A stretch of 64,000 nt of DNA from Capsulimonadaceae bacterium (GCA_965215505.1 OZ244065.1:4256001-4320000); one strand, 5' to 3'; positions 16,816-30,448 are shown, numbered from the stretch's first letter. Numbers and translations are program-made. The notes: generated from the letters alone by a model not told the origin.

Positions 16816-18591
16816 ATGAGGAAGTCGTCTCCGAGACGACCACCAGGAAGAAGCCATGCTGAACCAAAAAAATCGACAACAATGCGCCCGGAAGCGCCCA
16901 TCCTTGCCGCACTCTCCCTTGGCCTGGTCAGTGCCTTACTGACCGGCCCGGCGGCTCAAGCGGACGCGCCCGCCGCGAAGGCCGACACCGCCCGGCTCCT
17001 GGCCGCCGGGCCGACAGCGGCCCGCGCCCCCGTCATCGTGAAGCTCGCGCCGGGGGGTCTGACGCCCGCCCGGCAGGCCGCGCTCGCCCGGCTCGGGGCG
17101 GGCGTGACGCGCCACCTGGGCTTCATCGGCTCGGTCGCCGTCACCGTGCCGGACCGCAATCTGGACCGGCTGGCCGCCCTGCCGTTCGTGTCGCACCTGT
17201 CCGTGGACGGCCAGGTCCACAAGTGCGACGAGTTCACGGTCGCCGCGAGCGGGGCGGGGGCGGCCTACCAGCAGTACGGGCTGACCGGGCAGGGCGTCAC
17301 CGTCGCCGTCGTGGACAGCGGCGTCCGCAGCAACGCCGACCTGCGGACGCCGGGGTCCGGGAAGCCGCAGCTCCTCGCCTCGCAGAGCTTCATCCCCGGC
17401 GACACCAGCACGGACGACGCCTGCGGGCACGGCACCCACATCGCCGGCATCGTCGCCGGCAACGGCGCGGCCTCTACGGGCAGCCAGTACACCCACACCT
17501 ACTACGGCATCGCCCGGCAGGCCAATCTGGTGAGCGCACGCGTGCTGGACAAGAACGGCGCGGGCAGCGTCAGCACGGTAGTGGCTGGCATCGGGTGGGT
17601 CGTCGCTAACAAGGCGAAATACGGCGTCCGCGTCCTGAACCTGTCGCTGGGGCACCCGGTCGGCGAGAGCTACACCACCGACCCGCTCTGCCAGGCCGTC
17701 GAGGCCGCCTGGAAGGCCGGCATCGTCGTCGTCTGCGCCGCCGGCAACGCCGGGCGGGCCGGTGCCACCAACACAGCGGGCGCGGCCAACGAGGGGTGGG
17801 GGACGGCCTACGGCTCCATCCAGTCTCCGGGCAACGACCCCTACGTCATCACCGTCGGCGCGACCAAGAGCGTGGACGGGAACCGCTGGGACGACAGGGT
17901 CGCTACCTACTCCAGCCGGGGGCCGAGCCGCCTGGACCTGGTGCTGAAGCCCGACATCATCGCGCCCGGCAACCAGGTCATCTCGACGTACTCCTACGGG
18001 AGCATGCTTTTCAACTACAACGTCGCGAACAACAACAGCCTGCCGATACAGACCTACTCGAAGACGGCCTGGAACGGCTATTCCACCGACTACTTCCGTC
18101 TGTCGGGCACTTCCATGGCCGCGCCCGTCGTGGCGGGGGCGGCGGCCCTGCTGCTCCAGGCCAGCCCGAACCTGTCGCCCGACACCGTCAAGGCCCGCCT
18201 GATGATCTCCGCCGACAAGTGGGCCGCCCCCGACGGCACCGGCGACCCCCTCACCTACGGGGCGGGCTACCTCGACATCCCCGCCGCCATCGCAAGCACC
18301 GCGACGGCGAGCCTGCCCGCCCTCAGCCCCGCGTTGACGCTCAACAATGACGGCACCGCCTCCCTCGTCATGGACCGGGCCACCTGGGGCTCCAGCCTGT
18401 GGGGGACCGGCATCACCGACCTGCGGGCCACCTGGGGCAGCTCGGTCAGCGCGGACCGCGCGACCTGGGGCAGCGCCGCGCTGGTCATGGACCGGGCCAC
18501 CTGGGGCAGCAGCGTGTGGGGCGACCGGGCCACCTGGGGCAGCAGCACCGACGCCGTGGATCTCTCCTCGGTCGTCATCAACGGCGAGTGA
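16816..18591 (+). CDS. Secreted S8 serine protease 3 with RATWG repeats (start ambiguous)
   Basis: VAVVDSG / GHGTHIAG / SGTSMAAP; RATWG x5 plus SLWG and SVWG; ends DLSSVVINGE. Confidence 0.9.
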   Translation: MRKSSPRRPPGRSHAEPKKSTTMRPEAPILAALSLGLVSALLTGPAAQADAPAAKADTARLLAAGPTAARAPVIVKLAPGGLTPARQAALARLGAGVTRHLGFIGSVAVTVPDRNLDRLAALPFVSHLSVDGQVHKCDEFTVAASGAGAAYQQYGLTGQGVTVAVVDSGVRSNADLRTPGSGKPQLLASQSFIPGDTSTDDACGHGTHIAGIVAGNGAASTGSQYTHTYYGIARQANLVSARVLDKNGAGSVSTVVAGIGWVVANKAKYGVRVLNLSLGHPVGESYTTDPLCQAVEAAWKAGIVVVCAAGNAGRAGATNTAGAANEGWGTAYGSIQSPGNDPYVITVGATKSVDGNRWDDRVATYSSRGPSRLDLVLKPDIIAPGNQVISTYSYGSMLFNYNVANNNSLPIQTYSKTAWNGYSTDYFRLSGTSMAAPVVAGAAALLLQASPNLSPDTVKARLMISADKWAAPDGTGDPLTYGAGYLDIPAAIASTATASLPALSPALTLNNDGTASLVMDRATWGSSLWGTGITDLRATWGSSVSADRATWGSAALVMDRATWGSSVWGDRATWGSSTDAVDLSSVVINGE

Positions 18592-18607
18592 CCCGGCCGG
18601 CTTCCAT

Positions 18608-18660
18608 GCCCGCCGCCTGCATCGCTTCCCACCCGTGGAGGCGCAGGCGGCGGGCTTTTT
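18608..18660 (+). terminator. Intrinsic terminator after S8 gene 3
   Basis: GCCCGCCGCCTGC...GCAGGCGGCGGGC followed by TTTTT. Confidence 0.75.
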
Positions 18661-18821
18661 CGTGTCACCACCCGGCGGCATGAGCGGCGGGACTAAACGG
18701 GTATAATAAACCGGCAAAAGATGTGGCGCAGGCTTGGGCGGGTGAACCCCGCCGGAGCCTTTTTCGTGCGTCACGCCTCCCGGTGATTTTAGTTGGCGAT
18801 CTTGGAAGGAAGCACTGGCGA

Positions 18822-22580
<3,759 letters not shown>

Positions 22581-22595
22581 GACAAAGAGGGAAAG

Positions 22596-23801
22596 ATGGC
22601 TGGCCGTGACAGGTCTGTATGCGTGACGCTCCTTGCAGCGGCGGCGTTCATAACCGCGCCGGTGTCGCGTGGCGCTCCGGCCACTCCCCAGACGCCTCCA
22701 CCCCCGGCGGGGTGGAGGCGGGGGCCTTCAACCCACGCCGACTATTTCCCCATCGGCGTCTGGCTGCAAAGCCCGAGCAATGCGGCGAAGTACCGGGCGG
22801 CGGGCATCAACCTCTACGTCGGACTATGGCAGGGGCCGACCGAGGAACAACTGGCCGCGCTGAAGGCCGCCGACATGCCGGTCATCTGTGAACAGAACGC
22901 CGTCGGCCTGAAGCACCTGGCCGACCCCGCCATCGTCGGCTGGATGCACCAGGACGAGCCGGACAATGCCCAGCTCGTAACGGACCCCGCGACGGGCAAA
23001 CAGGGCTATGGCCCCTGCGTTCCGCCCGCCCGCATCGTCGCCGATTACGCCCGCCTGCGCGCCGCCGACCCCACGCGCCCCATCCTGCTGAATCTGGGGG
23101 AGGGGGTGGCGAACGACGAGTGGATCGGGCGCGGGGTCGGCGCGTCCCTGGCGGACTACCCTCAGTACATCAAAGGAGCCGACATCATCTCGTTTGATGT
23201 CTACCCGGTGGCAGGCTTGGGCAAGCCCAACGGCGAGAACTACCTGTGGTATGTCGCCAAAGGCGTCACCCGCCTGGCCGGGTGGACAGCGGGCCGGGAG
23301 ACGGTCTGGAACTACATCGAGTGTACGCACATCGGCAGCGACCGAAAGCCTACCCCCGATCAGGTGCGGTCCGAGGTCTGGATGGCGCTCATCCACGGCT
23401 CGCACGGGCTGCTCTACCTCGTCCATGAGTTCCAGCCGAAGTTCAACGAACACGCCCTGCTGGACGACGCCCCCATGCTCGCCGCCGTCACTAAGATCAA
23501 CCAGCAGGTCCAGGCGCTCGCCTCCGTTCTGAACAGCCCCACTCTTGCTCAGGCCGCCACGGTGCATTCCTCCTCGGAGCAGACCCCCATTGACCTGATG
23601 GTGAAGCGGCAGGGAAAGGCGACCTACCTGTTCGCAGTCGGCATGCGGAACAGCGCGGCGTCGGGGGCGTTCACCGTTCAGGGCCTGCCCAAGACGGCCC
23701 GTGCCGAAGTCATCGGCGAGGCCCGGACGATCACGGTAAAAGGCGGCAAGTTCAGCGACGCCTTCGGCCCATACGCGGTCCACCTCTACCGAATCTTGTA
23801 G
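22596..23801 (+). CDS. Secreted putative glycoside hydrolase-like protein
   Basis: Signal-like N-terminus; YFPIGVWLQ, GWMHQDEPDN, ISFDVYP, WMALIHG typical of GH-like TIM barrels. Confidence 0.55.
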   Translation: MAGRDRSVCVTLLAAAAFITAPVSRGAPATPQTPPPPAGWRRGPSTHADYFPIGVWLQSPSNAAKYRAAGINLYVGLWQGPTEEQLAALKAADMPVICEQNAVGLKHLADPAIVGWMHQDEPDNAQLVTDPATGKQGYGPCVPPARIVADYARLRAADPTRPILLNLGEGVANDEWIGRGVGASLADYPQYIKGADIISFDVYPVAGLGKPNGENYLWYVAKGVTRLAGWTAGRETVWNYIECTHIGSDRKPTPDQVRSEVWMALIHGSHGLLYLVHEFQPKFNEHALLDDAPMLAAVTKINQQVQALASVLNSPTLAQAATVHSSSEQTPIDLMVKRQGKATYLFAVGMRNSAASGAFTVQGLPKTARAEVIGEARTITVKGGKFSDAFGPYAVHLYRIL

Positions 23802-23837
23802 GGGCGCGATTCATCGCGCCCTCCGTAGGAGACCAGC

Positions 23838-25823
23838 ATGGCAATCGCGGATGACGTGTTTGTGGCGGCAGTCAAGGCGGGCGACGTTCCCGCCGTGGAA
23901 AGCCTGCTGGAACAAGGCGCGGACGTCAACGCCCGGACCGAGCGCGGCGGCACGGGCCTGATGATCGCCGCAAGGGTGGGCGACCTCAACCTTGTCCGCC
24001 TGCTGTTGGCACACGGCGCTGAGGTCAACATCCGAAACCAGATGGGCCAAAGTGCGTTGCTGACTGCGCTGACCCAGTGGACGCTGACTGAAAAGAACGC
24101 CGCCATTGCTGAGGCGCTGCTTGAGGCCGGGGCGGATCTCGATGCCCGCAACCATGCCGGTTATACGGCTCTGCGCTTGGCCGCCCAAGGCGGCATGTGT
24201 GGGATCGTGCGGCGGCTTATTGCCGCCGGTGCCGAGGTCAACACTGCCGACGATCGCGGCACGAGCGCACTGATGGGTGCCGTGATGCGCGGGCATGGCG
24301 AGACGGTTTCTGTCCTGCTTCAAGCCGGGGCCGACCCGAACACGGCGGGCGAGTTCGGCCTCACCGCGCTTGCGTCAGCAGTGTCCAAGGGCAACGCTGA
24401 AATAGTCGCCTTGCTGCTTGAATCAGGAGCGGACACCAGGTACAAAGACCGTCCTTTTTCGGTTGCCCTGCTGGCCCAGAAAAAGCCCGAGATCCTATCG
24501 CTCATCAAGGCCGCCGCCGGGACGAACCTGCACGACGCTGCGAAGGCGGGCGACCTGCCCGCCGTGGCCGCTCTGCTCTCCGGCGGGGCGGACGTGGACG
24601 CCAAAGACGACGACGGGCGGACGGCCCTGATGGTGGCGTCTGAGGAAGGGCAGGCCGAATGCCTCACGCTCCTGCTGGACCACCACGCCGCCGTCAATGT
24701 CCTGGACCGGCTCGGCTTCACGGCCCTGATCCGCGCCTCCATCAAGGGCCAGGTCGGGGCCGTCCGCCTGCTGCTGGGACACGGTGCGGACGTCAACATC
24801 TCAGGACGCTGGGGACACACCGCCCTGGAACGCGCCGCCCTGGGGGGCAAGGAAGAGGTCGTCGCGCTGCTGGTCGAGGCCGGCGCGGAGGTGCGCTTCG
24901 TCGAGGCCATGCTGCTCGGCGATCTGGACTCCGTGCTGTTCCTCCTGGGCGAAGGCACGGACATCAACACGACCACCAGGAGCGGCCTGACCGCGCTCAT
25001 GGCGGCGACGGCGCGCGAGGACGGCCCCGCCCTGCGGCTGCTGCTGGAACGGGGCGCGGACCCGAACCGCTTTGATACCCTGGGTCGGTCCGCGCTGACC
25101 TGGGCGATCAACAAGGGCCGTGCCGACCTCGTGGGCCTCCTCCTGACGCACGGCGCGGACGTCAATGCCCAGAGCGACGAGGGCGGCGCGGCCCTCAAGG
25201 CGGCGGTACGGGCCAACGACGCCGAGATGGTCCGTCTGCTGATCGCGCGTGGCGCGAACGTGGAGGGCCGCGACAAGCGCGGCTGGACCGCCCTGCATGA
25301 TGCCGTTCTGGCGGCGCGTCGGGGCGACGCCCAGGTCATCCCCGTCCTGCTGGAAGCGGGCGCAGACATCAATGCCCTGAACGCGCGCGGCCAGACGCCG
25401 CTCATCGCCGCCGCCGCTTTCGGCAGTCTGGAGGCCGTGCGCGTCCTGCTGAGGCACGGCGCGGACGCCTCCCGCCGGGACGCCTCCGGGCTGACGGCCC
25501 TGGCGGCGGCGCACACCCACCCGGAAGTCGTGGCCCTGCTGAGGGAGGCCGGCCCGAAGGAAGACAGCCTGTTTGATGCGGCTGAAGAAGGCGACGCGGC
25601 CCAACTGCTTTCGCTTCTTGCGTCACGGGGAGACATCAACGCGAAAGACGAGCAGGGCCGCACCGTTCTGGAAGCGGCGGCCTCCGCGCGCCATTTCGAT
25701 CTCGTGCGCCTGCTGCTGGACAGAGGCGCATCGGTCAGTCCAGAAAGCCGCCTGACGATCACCCTGTCGGCGCGTGCCGCTGGACGCAAGGACATCGTCG
25801 CGCGGCTCCAACAGGATTCTTAA
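23838..25823 (+). CDS. Ankyrin-repeat protein
   Basis: Many GxTAL..AA..G....V..LL..GAD(V/I)N repeats across the whole ORF. Confidence 0.93.
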   Translation: MAIADDVFVAAVKAGDVPAVESLLEQGADVNARTERGGTGLMIAARVGDLNLVRLLLAHGAEVNIRNQMGQSALLTALTQWTLTEKNAAIAEALLEAGADLDARNHAGYTALRLAAQGGMCGIVRRLIAAGAEVNTADDRGTSALMGAVMRGHGETVSVLLQAGADPNTAGEFGLTALASAVSKGNAEIVALLLESGADTRYKDRPFSVALLAQKKPEILSLIKAAAGTNLHDAAKAGDLPAVAALLSGGADVDAKDDDGRTALMVASEEGQAECLTLLLDHHAAVNVLDRLGFTALIRASIKGQVGAVRLLLGHGADVNISGRWGHTALERAALGGKEEVVALLVEAGAEVRFVEAMLLGDLDSVLFLLGEGTDINTTTRSGLTALMAATAREDGPALRLLLERGADPNRFDTLGRSALTWAINKGRADLVGLLLTHGADVNAQSDEGGAALKAAVRANDAEMVRLLIARGANVEGRDKRGWTALHDAVLAARRGDAQVIPVLLEAGADINALNARGQTPLIAAAAFGSLEAVRVLLRHGADASRRDASGLTALAAAHTHPEVVALLREAGPKEDSLFDAAEEGDAAQLLSLLASRGDINAKDEQGRTVLEAAASARHFDLVRLLLDRGASVSPESRLTITLSARAAGRKDIVARLQQDS

Positions 25824-25901
25824 AGACTACTCCCTGCCTGCGTCTTCGGCAGAGCCTGCACCGCTGCCGGCAAGGCGCGGCCCCTGACGAGCGCGGCCCG
25901 T

Positions 25902-26037
25902 GACGAGTGGTTGAAAACCACTCGCTAATAGAAGCGTCCTGCGGACGGGAATACAGCTCCCAAGCCCGGCCCGCGTGGCAATCAGGTCCTCTGTCCACAG
26001 GACACCTTTCCTAGCGAGTAGTTTTCAACCACTCGTC
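25902..26037. repeat. REPIN/MITE-like element with palindromic terminal inverted repeats
   Basis: GACGAGTGGTTGAAAACCACTCGCTA (25902-25927) versus near-perfect reverse complement at 26012-26037. Confidence 0.7.
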
Positions 26038-26113
26038 GCGGGCCGCACTCGCCATTCCTACCATCTTTCCCCGCAGACTCACCGGAACCGCACTTTCTGC
26101 CGACAATACAGCC

Positions 26114-27631
26114 ATGAGAGTGGCATCCACCGAGAACGGGGCGAGGAAGACGCGCGCGGTGCGGCACCGGCAGGGGTCCGTGACCGACGGGGAGGGGGCC
26201 GCGCCGGACCCGCCGTTCCCCCCGGCGGAGTCCGACTCGCTGATGGAACAGGCCGCCCAGCGCTTCGAGCAGCTCTTCCAGGGCCTGCCGGTCTCCTGCT
26301 TCTGCTACGACGCCGAGGGGCGAATCATGGAGTGGAACCGGGGCAGCGAGGCGCTCTTCGGCCGCCCCGCCGCGTCGGCATTCCTCGCGCCCGTCTGGGA
26401 GGTGGTCGGGCGTCCCGAAGACGCCGAGATATCGCGGGCGATCCTCCGCAGCGTGATCGGCGGCGCGGCCTACGAGGGTTTCGACTGGGAACAGCCCGCG
26501 CCGGGCGGCGGCCCGCCCCGGCACCTGCTGTGCAACGCCTTCCCGATGCGCGACCGGGCGGGGGCGATCACCGGCGGCGTCACCGTCTGTGTGGACATCT
26601 CGGAGCGGGCGCGGGCGGAGCAGGCGCTCTGGGAGAACGAGGAGCGCTGGCAGCTCGCCCTGCGGGGCAACAACGACGGCATTTGGGACTGGAACGCGCG
26701 CGACGGCCAGCTCTTCGTGTCGGCCCGCTGCCGCCAGATCTTTGGGGCCGAGGCGGCGGAAGCCTGCCCGCCGACCGGCGCGGGGGGTGCGACCGGCGGC
26801 GAAGATCTGCCCGACGGGAGGGAGCCGGCGGGCTTCCAAAGGGCTTGGTTCGGGCGGATACATGGGGAAGACCGGCAGGGCGCGTGGGAGGCGTTCGAGG
26901 CGCACCTGGAGGGGCGGGCGGCCTTCTACAACTCGGAACACCGCCTCTGCCTCCCGGACGGCTCCTGCCGGTGGGTGCTGGACCGAGGGCAGGCGCTCTG
27001 GGACCGCGGCGGCACCTTGGTGCGCGTGGCCGGGTCGGTCACGGACGTCACCGAGCGGCGGCGGGTGGAGGAGATGGTCCGGGACCATGCCGTCGTGCTG
27101 GAGTTCCAGAAACAGGCGCTGGAGGAGGCCAACCGGCGGCTGGAGGCGCTCGCCACCGAGGACGGGCTGACGGGCCTGAAGAACCACCGCGCCTTCCAGG
27201 AGCGGCTGGCGATGGAGGCCGAGCGGGCGCGGCGCTACGGACTCCCGCTGTCCGTCGTCCTGCTGGACGTGGACCGGTTCAAGCTGTACAACGACGCCTA
27301 CGGCCACCCCGCCGGGGACGCCGTCCTGCGAACCGTGGCGGCCTGCCTCCAGGCCAGCATCCGCGAGGCGGACCAGGCGGCCCGCTACGGCGGCGAGGAG
27401 TTCGCCCTGATCCTCCCGCACACCCAGGCCGCCGACGCGCTCGTCGTCGCCGCGCGCTGCCGGAAGGCCATCGAGGCCGCCGCCTGGCCCGCCCGTCCGG
27501 TCACGGCGAGCCTCGGCGTCGCCGCGCTTTCCCCGTCCTGCCCCGACCCTGCCGCCCTGATCGCCGCCGCCGACAAGGCCTTGTACCGCTCCAAGCACGA
27601 GGGCCGTAACCGGGTCACCGTCGCCGAATAA
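26114..27631 (+). CDS. PAS-PAS(PAC)-GGDEF diguanylate cyclase
   Basis: PAS, NDGIWDWN PAS3, DVDRFKLYNDAYGHPAGD, READ I-site, YGGEEF. Confidence 0.92.
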   Translation: MRVASTENGARKTRAVRHRQGSVTDGEGAAPDPPFPPAESDSLMEQAAQRFEQLFQGLPVSCFCYDAEGRIMEWNRGSEALFGRPAASAFLAPVWEVVGRPEDAEISRAILRSVIGGAAYEGFDWEQPAPGGGPPRHLLCNAFPMRDRAGAITGGVTVCVDISERARAEQALWENEERWQLALRGNNDGIWDWNARDGQLFVSARCRQIFGAEAAEACPPTGAGGATGGEDLPDGREPAGFQRAWFGRIHGEDRQGAWEAFEAHLEGRAAFYNSEHRLCLPDGSCRWVLDRGQALWDRGGTLVRVAGSVTDVTERRRVEEMVRDHAVVLEFQKQALEEANRRLEALATEDGLTGLKNHRAFQERLAMEAERARRYGLPLSVVLLDVDRFKLYNDAYGHPAGDAVLRTVAACLQASIREADQAARYGGEEFALILPHTQAADALVVAARCRKAIEAAAWPARPVTASLGVAALSPSCPDPAALIAAADKALYRSKHEGRNRVTVAE

Positions 27632-27690
27632 GGCCGACACAAAGACGGCCCGGCGGATGACCGCCGGGCCGTCTTGCTGCCGCACATGAG

Positions 27691-28230
27691 TCAGGTGTTG
27701 TCGCTCATCGTCGCGTCCTGCGAGGTGGTCGTCGCGCCCTTTGCCGCTGCGCTGTCGTCGTGGAACAGGTAGTTAGACGACTCGGGATCGAGCGCGCCGC
27801 TCGGCGTCTGCGCGACGAGCTGGGCGAAATGGTCCAGGTCGTGCTGGAGCTTCTGCTCGAAGTGCTTGCCCGCGCCCAGCTTTTCGCCCGCGTCACCCAG
27901 GACGCCCGCTGGCGGGTCGTAGCTGAGGCTGACGTTCACCTTGGTCTGGCTATCACCGACCGGCTCGAACGTCACGACACCATGGTTCGTCATGCCGCTG
28001 GTCGAGCGCCAGCCGATCTGCTTGCCCTCGATCCAGTTCTCGTTCACGGCGTCCCATTCGTGCGTCCCGACCACGTCGGCGACCCAGTGGCTGGTCTGGC
28101 TGTCCTTATAGGTCACTTCCTTAATATAGGACATGAACTTCGGGAAGTCGTTGAAGTGGGAAAAAAGGTGGTAGACCTGGGTGGGCGAGGCATTGATCGT
28201 CACGGCCGCGGTGTGCGTATATTCCGCCAT
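27691..28230 (-). CDS. SRPBCC / polyketide-cyclase family protein
   Basis: VTINASPTQVY...FPKFM...SHW...WDA...IGWRS...YDPPAG. Confidence 0.85.
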   Translation of the reverse strand: MAEYTHTAAVTINASPTQVYHLFSHFNDFPKFMSYIKEVTYKDSQTSHWVADVVGTHEWDAVNENWIEGKQIGWRSTSGMTNHGVVTFEPVGDSQTKVNVSLSYDPPAGVLGDAGEKLGAGKHFEQKLQHDLDHFAQLVAQTPSGALDPESSNYLFHDDSAAAKGATTTSQDATMSDNT

Positions 28231-28299
28231 TGTTCTGCGTTTCCTTTCGGGAAAAGGTCTTTAGTACGTTAGCATCAAGTTACCCAGATGGGCACGGTT

Positions 28300-29319
28300 T
28301 TATGCACGCGCGCGCCGCGACGCCGCCCAGAGCGCCGCCCCCAGGGCTAGGACGCCCAGCAGACGCGCCCGGCTCGGGTGCAGGCCGAAGGCCCTGGTAT
28401 AGAGGCTGACCGACCTCGACTGCTTGCCGTAGCTGCCCGCCACCTTCCCCGGACCGGGGACCGGACCGTCCATGTTGTCCGGCGCGTTGTCGCCCGGCTC
28501 GTCCCACTTCTGCTGCATTTTGTAGAGCGTCCGTGCCATGAGCCGGTCGGTGATGTCGGGGGCGATGCTTTCCAAAACCGCCAGGGCCTTGCTCGCACTG
28601 CCGACGTAGATGTCCCGACGGGGGTGCGCGGCGGCGAACACGATGGCTTCGGCCACCGCCCCGGCCTCATAGACCGGCGGCATGGCCCTGGGGCGGACAC
28701 CCATACGCGACCGGGCGTTGTCATAGAACGGCGTGTTGATGGCGGCGGGCAGGATCAAAGTCGCATGGATGTCCGGGTAGTCGTGCTTCAGCTCCATCCG
28801 TAAGGCCTCGGTGAAGCCTTTGACGCCCGCCTTGGAGGTGCAGTAGGTCCCTTGCAAAGGAATGGACCGGACGCCAAGCCCTGACCCGACGTTGATGATC
28901 GTTCCCACCCCCTGCCGCTTCATGACCGGCAGGGCGGCCTTGACTCCGTACATGGTGCCGAGCAGGTTGACCTGGATGATGCGCTCCATGTCCGCCACGG
29001 GCAGGTCTTCCAGGGTCGCGTACTCGCTGATGCCGGCGTTGTTGACCCAGGTGTCTATGCGTCCGAACCGCGCGACCGCCGCAGAGGCCAGGTGCGCCAC
29101 CTGCTCCCAGAGCGCGACATCGGTCACGACGACCAGCGCCGCCCCGCCTCGCGCCCGCACCTGTCCGGCGACTTCTTCCAGGGCCTCCCCGTTGCGGGCG
29201 GCCAGGACGACCGATGCGCCCTCCGCCCCAAACCGCAAGGCCGCCTCGCGCCCGATGCCCGACGACGCGCCGGTGATGACGACCACCTGCTCCTTCAACT
29301 CCCTCAATGGCTTTGCCAA
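28300..29319 (-). CDS. SDR family oxidoreductase
   Basis: TGASSGIG, NNAG, YCTSK. Confidence 0.92.
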   Translation of the reverse strand: MAKPLRELKEQVVVITGASSGIGREAALRFGAEGASVVLAARNGEALEEVAGQVRARGGAALVVVTDVALWEQVAHLASAAVARFGRIDTWVNNAGISEYATLEDLPVADMERIIQVNLLGTMYGVKAALPVMKRQGVGTIINVGSGLGVRSIPLQGTYCTSKAGVKGFTEALRMELKHDYPDIHATLILPAAINTPFYDNARSRMGVRPRAMPPVYEAGAVAEAIVFAAAHPRRDIYVGSASKALAVLESIAPDITDRLMARTLYKMQQKWDEPGDNAPDNMDGPVPGPGKVAGSYGKQSRSVSLYTRAFGLHPSRARLLGVLALGAALWAASRRARA

Positions 29320-29332
29320 CTCGCTGTCCGTT

Positions 29333-29827
29333 CTAAGCCTTGTCGGCGTCGGCGGGCAGCCCCGTCAGCGAGTTCGGGGCGTCCAGGTTCGCGCCGTCGT
29401 CCACGCCGACGCCCAGCCGGTCCACCATCTCGCCGCCGAGCCAGCCGGTGACGCCGGCAAGGCCGAAGCCCAAAAGCGACAGCGCGAACGGCAGGCCGCC
29501 CGGCTTGGCCGGATCGGACCTCCGCAAAGCCCAGCTCGCGCCGAACAGGCCCAGGACGGCGGCATTGCCCAGGCCATGCACCTGTCCCACGCTGCGTGCC
29601 CGCGTTCCCTTCGGGATGAACAGCCAGTCCCACGTCCCGAAGGGCGCGGCGACCAGCCCGCCGACGACGCCCGCCCCGGTCATCGCCAGACCCACCTCCC
29701 CCTGCTTCGGGTTCTTGGTCAGCAGGTGCAGCGTGTCAAAAATGACTGCCGTGGACAGCAGGCCTAGCGGGAAGGTAATCAAAATGGTGTGGGCGGGGTG
29801 CCCGAAAATCTTGCTGTGGCTCTCCAT
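29333..29827 (-). CDS. DUF2231-type membrane protein
   Basis: GHPAHTILITFP...HGLGN...GWLGGEMV. Confidence 0.8.
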   Translation of the reverse strand: MESHSKIFGHPAHTILITFPLGLLSTAVIFDTLHLLTKNPKQGEVGLAMTGAGVVGGLVAAPFGTWDWLFIPKGTRARSVGQVHGLGNAAVLGLFGASWALRRSDPAKPGGLPFALSLLGFGLAGVTGWLGGEMVDRLGVGVDDGANLDAPNSLTGLPADADKA

Positions 29828-29831
29828 CGTC

Positions 29832-30173
29832 TTACTCTTTCAAGGGGTCGTGGCCCCAGTTCATCAGCGAGTAGCGCCAGTGCGTTTCCTTGACGTCGCC
29901 CGCCGGGCGCTGGGCGAGGTGCCGGTGGACGTAGCTGACCACCTTGTGCATGTGCGCGGTGTCTTCTTCCGAATAGTCGGCCTTCTTCTTGTGCAGGATC
30001 TCGATGATGTGCCGGCCCGATTGATGCCCGGTGGATTCGCCCTTGCCGTCTTCCTTCTGGCCGACTTCTTTTGACTCCTCGGTTTCCAGCCACTTCTCGA
30101 TCTGGGCCGCCGTCATGTTCACCGCCTCGTGGAAGTCCTTGATGACGGCCTCATTACCTTGTTCCGCCATCAT
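29832..30173 (-). CDS. DUF3140-type protein
   Basis: VNMTAAQIEKWL...GHQSGR...HMHKVVSYVHRH...WRYSLMNWGHDP; ATGA overlap with the upstream gene. Confidence 0.85.
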   Translation of the reverse strand: MMAEQGNEAVIKDFHEAVNMTAAQIEKWLETEESKEVGQKEDGKGESTGHQSGRHIIEILHKKKADYSEEDTAHMHKVVSYVHRHLAQRPAGDVKETHWRYSLMNWGHDPLKE

Positions 30174-30385
30174 TTGCCTTCCTTCTTCAGCTCGTCCGGC
30201 TTGTGCGCGGCCTCTTTGCCAGACTTGTCCGACTTGACCAGGTACTCCGGGTTTTCTTCCGAGGCTTTGACTTCGTGACTCTTGATCTGCGTCGGGGCGG
30301 TCAGCTTCTTCTCGACCATGCCCTCGGTTTCGCCCTGCGGCGTGTCCCACTTGACGTGGTCGCCTTTCTTCAGATCGTCCGCCAT
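30170..30385 (-). CDS. DUF2945 / hypervirulence-associated TUDOR-like small protein
   Basis: KGDHVKWDTPQGETEG...EPEY-like YLVKSDKSGKEAAHKP. Confidence 0.8.
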   Translation of the reverse strand: MADDLKKGDHVKWDTPQGETEGMVEKKLTAPTQIKSHEVKASEENPEYLVKSDKSGKEAAHKPDELKKEGK

Positions 30386-30448
30386 CGTCGTTCGTCCTTC
30401 TAAGAAAAAGCCCCACGGCAACGCCGTGGGGCCTCCTCCGTCCCGTCA

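Noticed and set aside
12475-18774. Long antisense ORFs opposite the proteases (and similar ones at 6011-8266, 39024-41897, 57950-59965)
   Set aside because: Shadow ORFs caused by high GC3 codon bias; they have no recognisable motifs.
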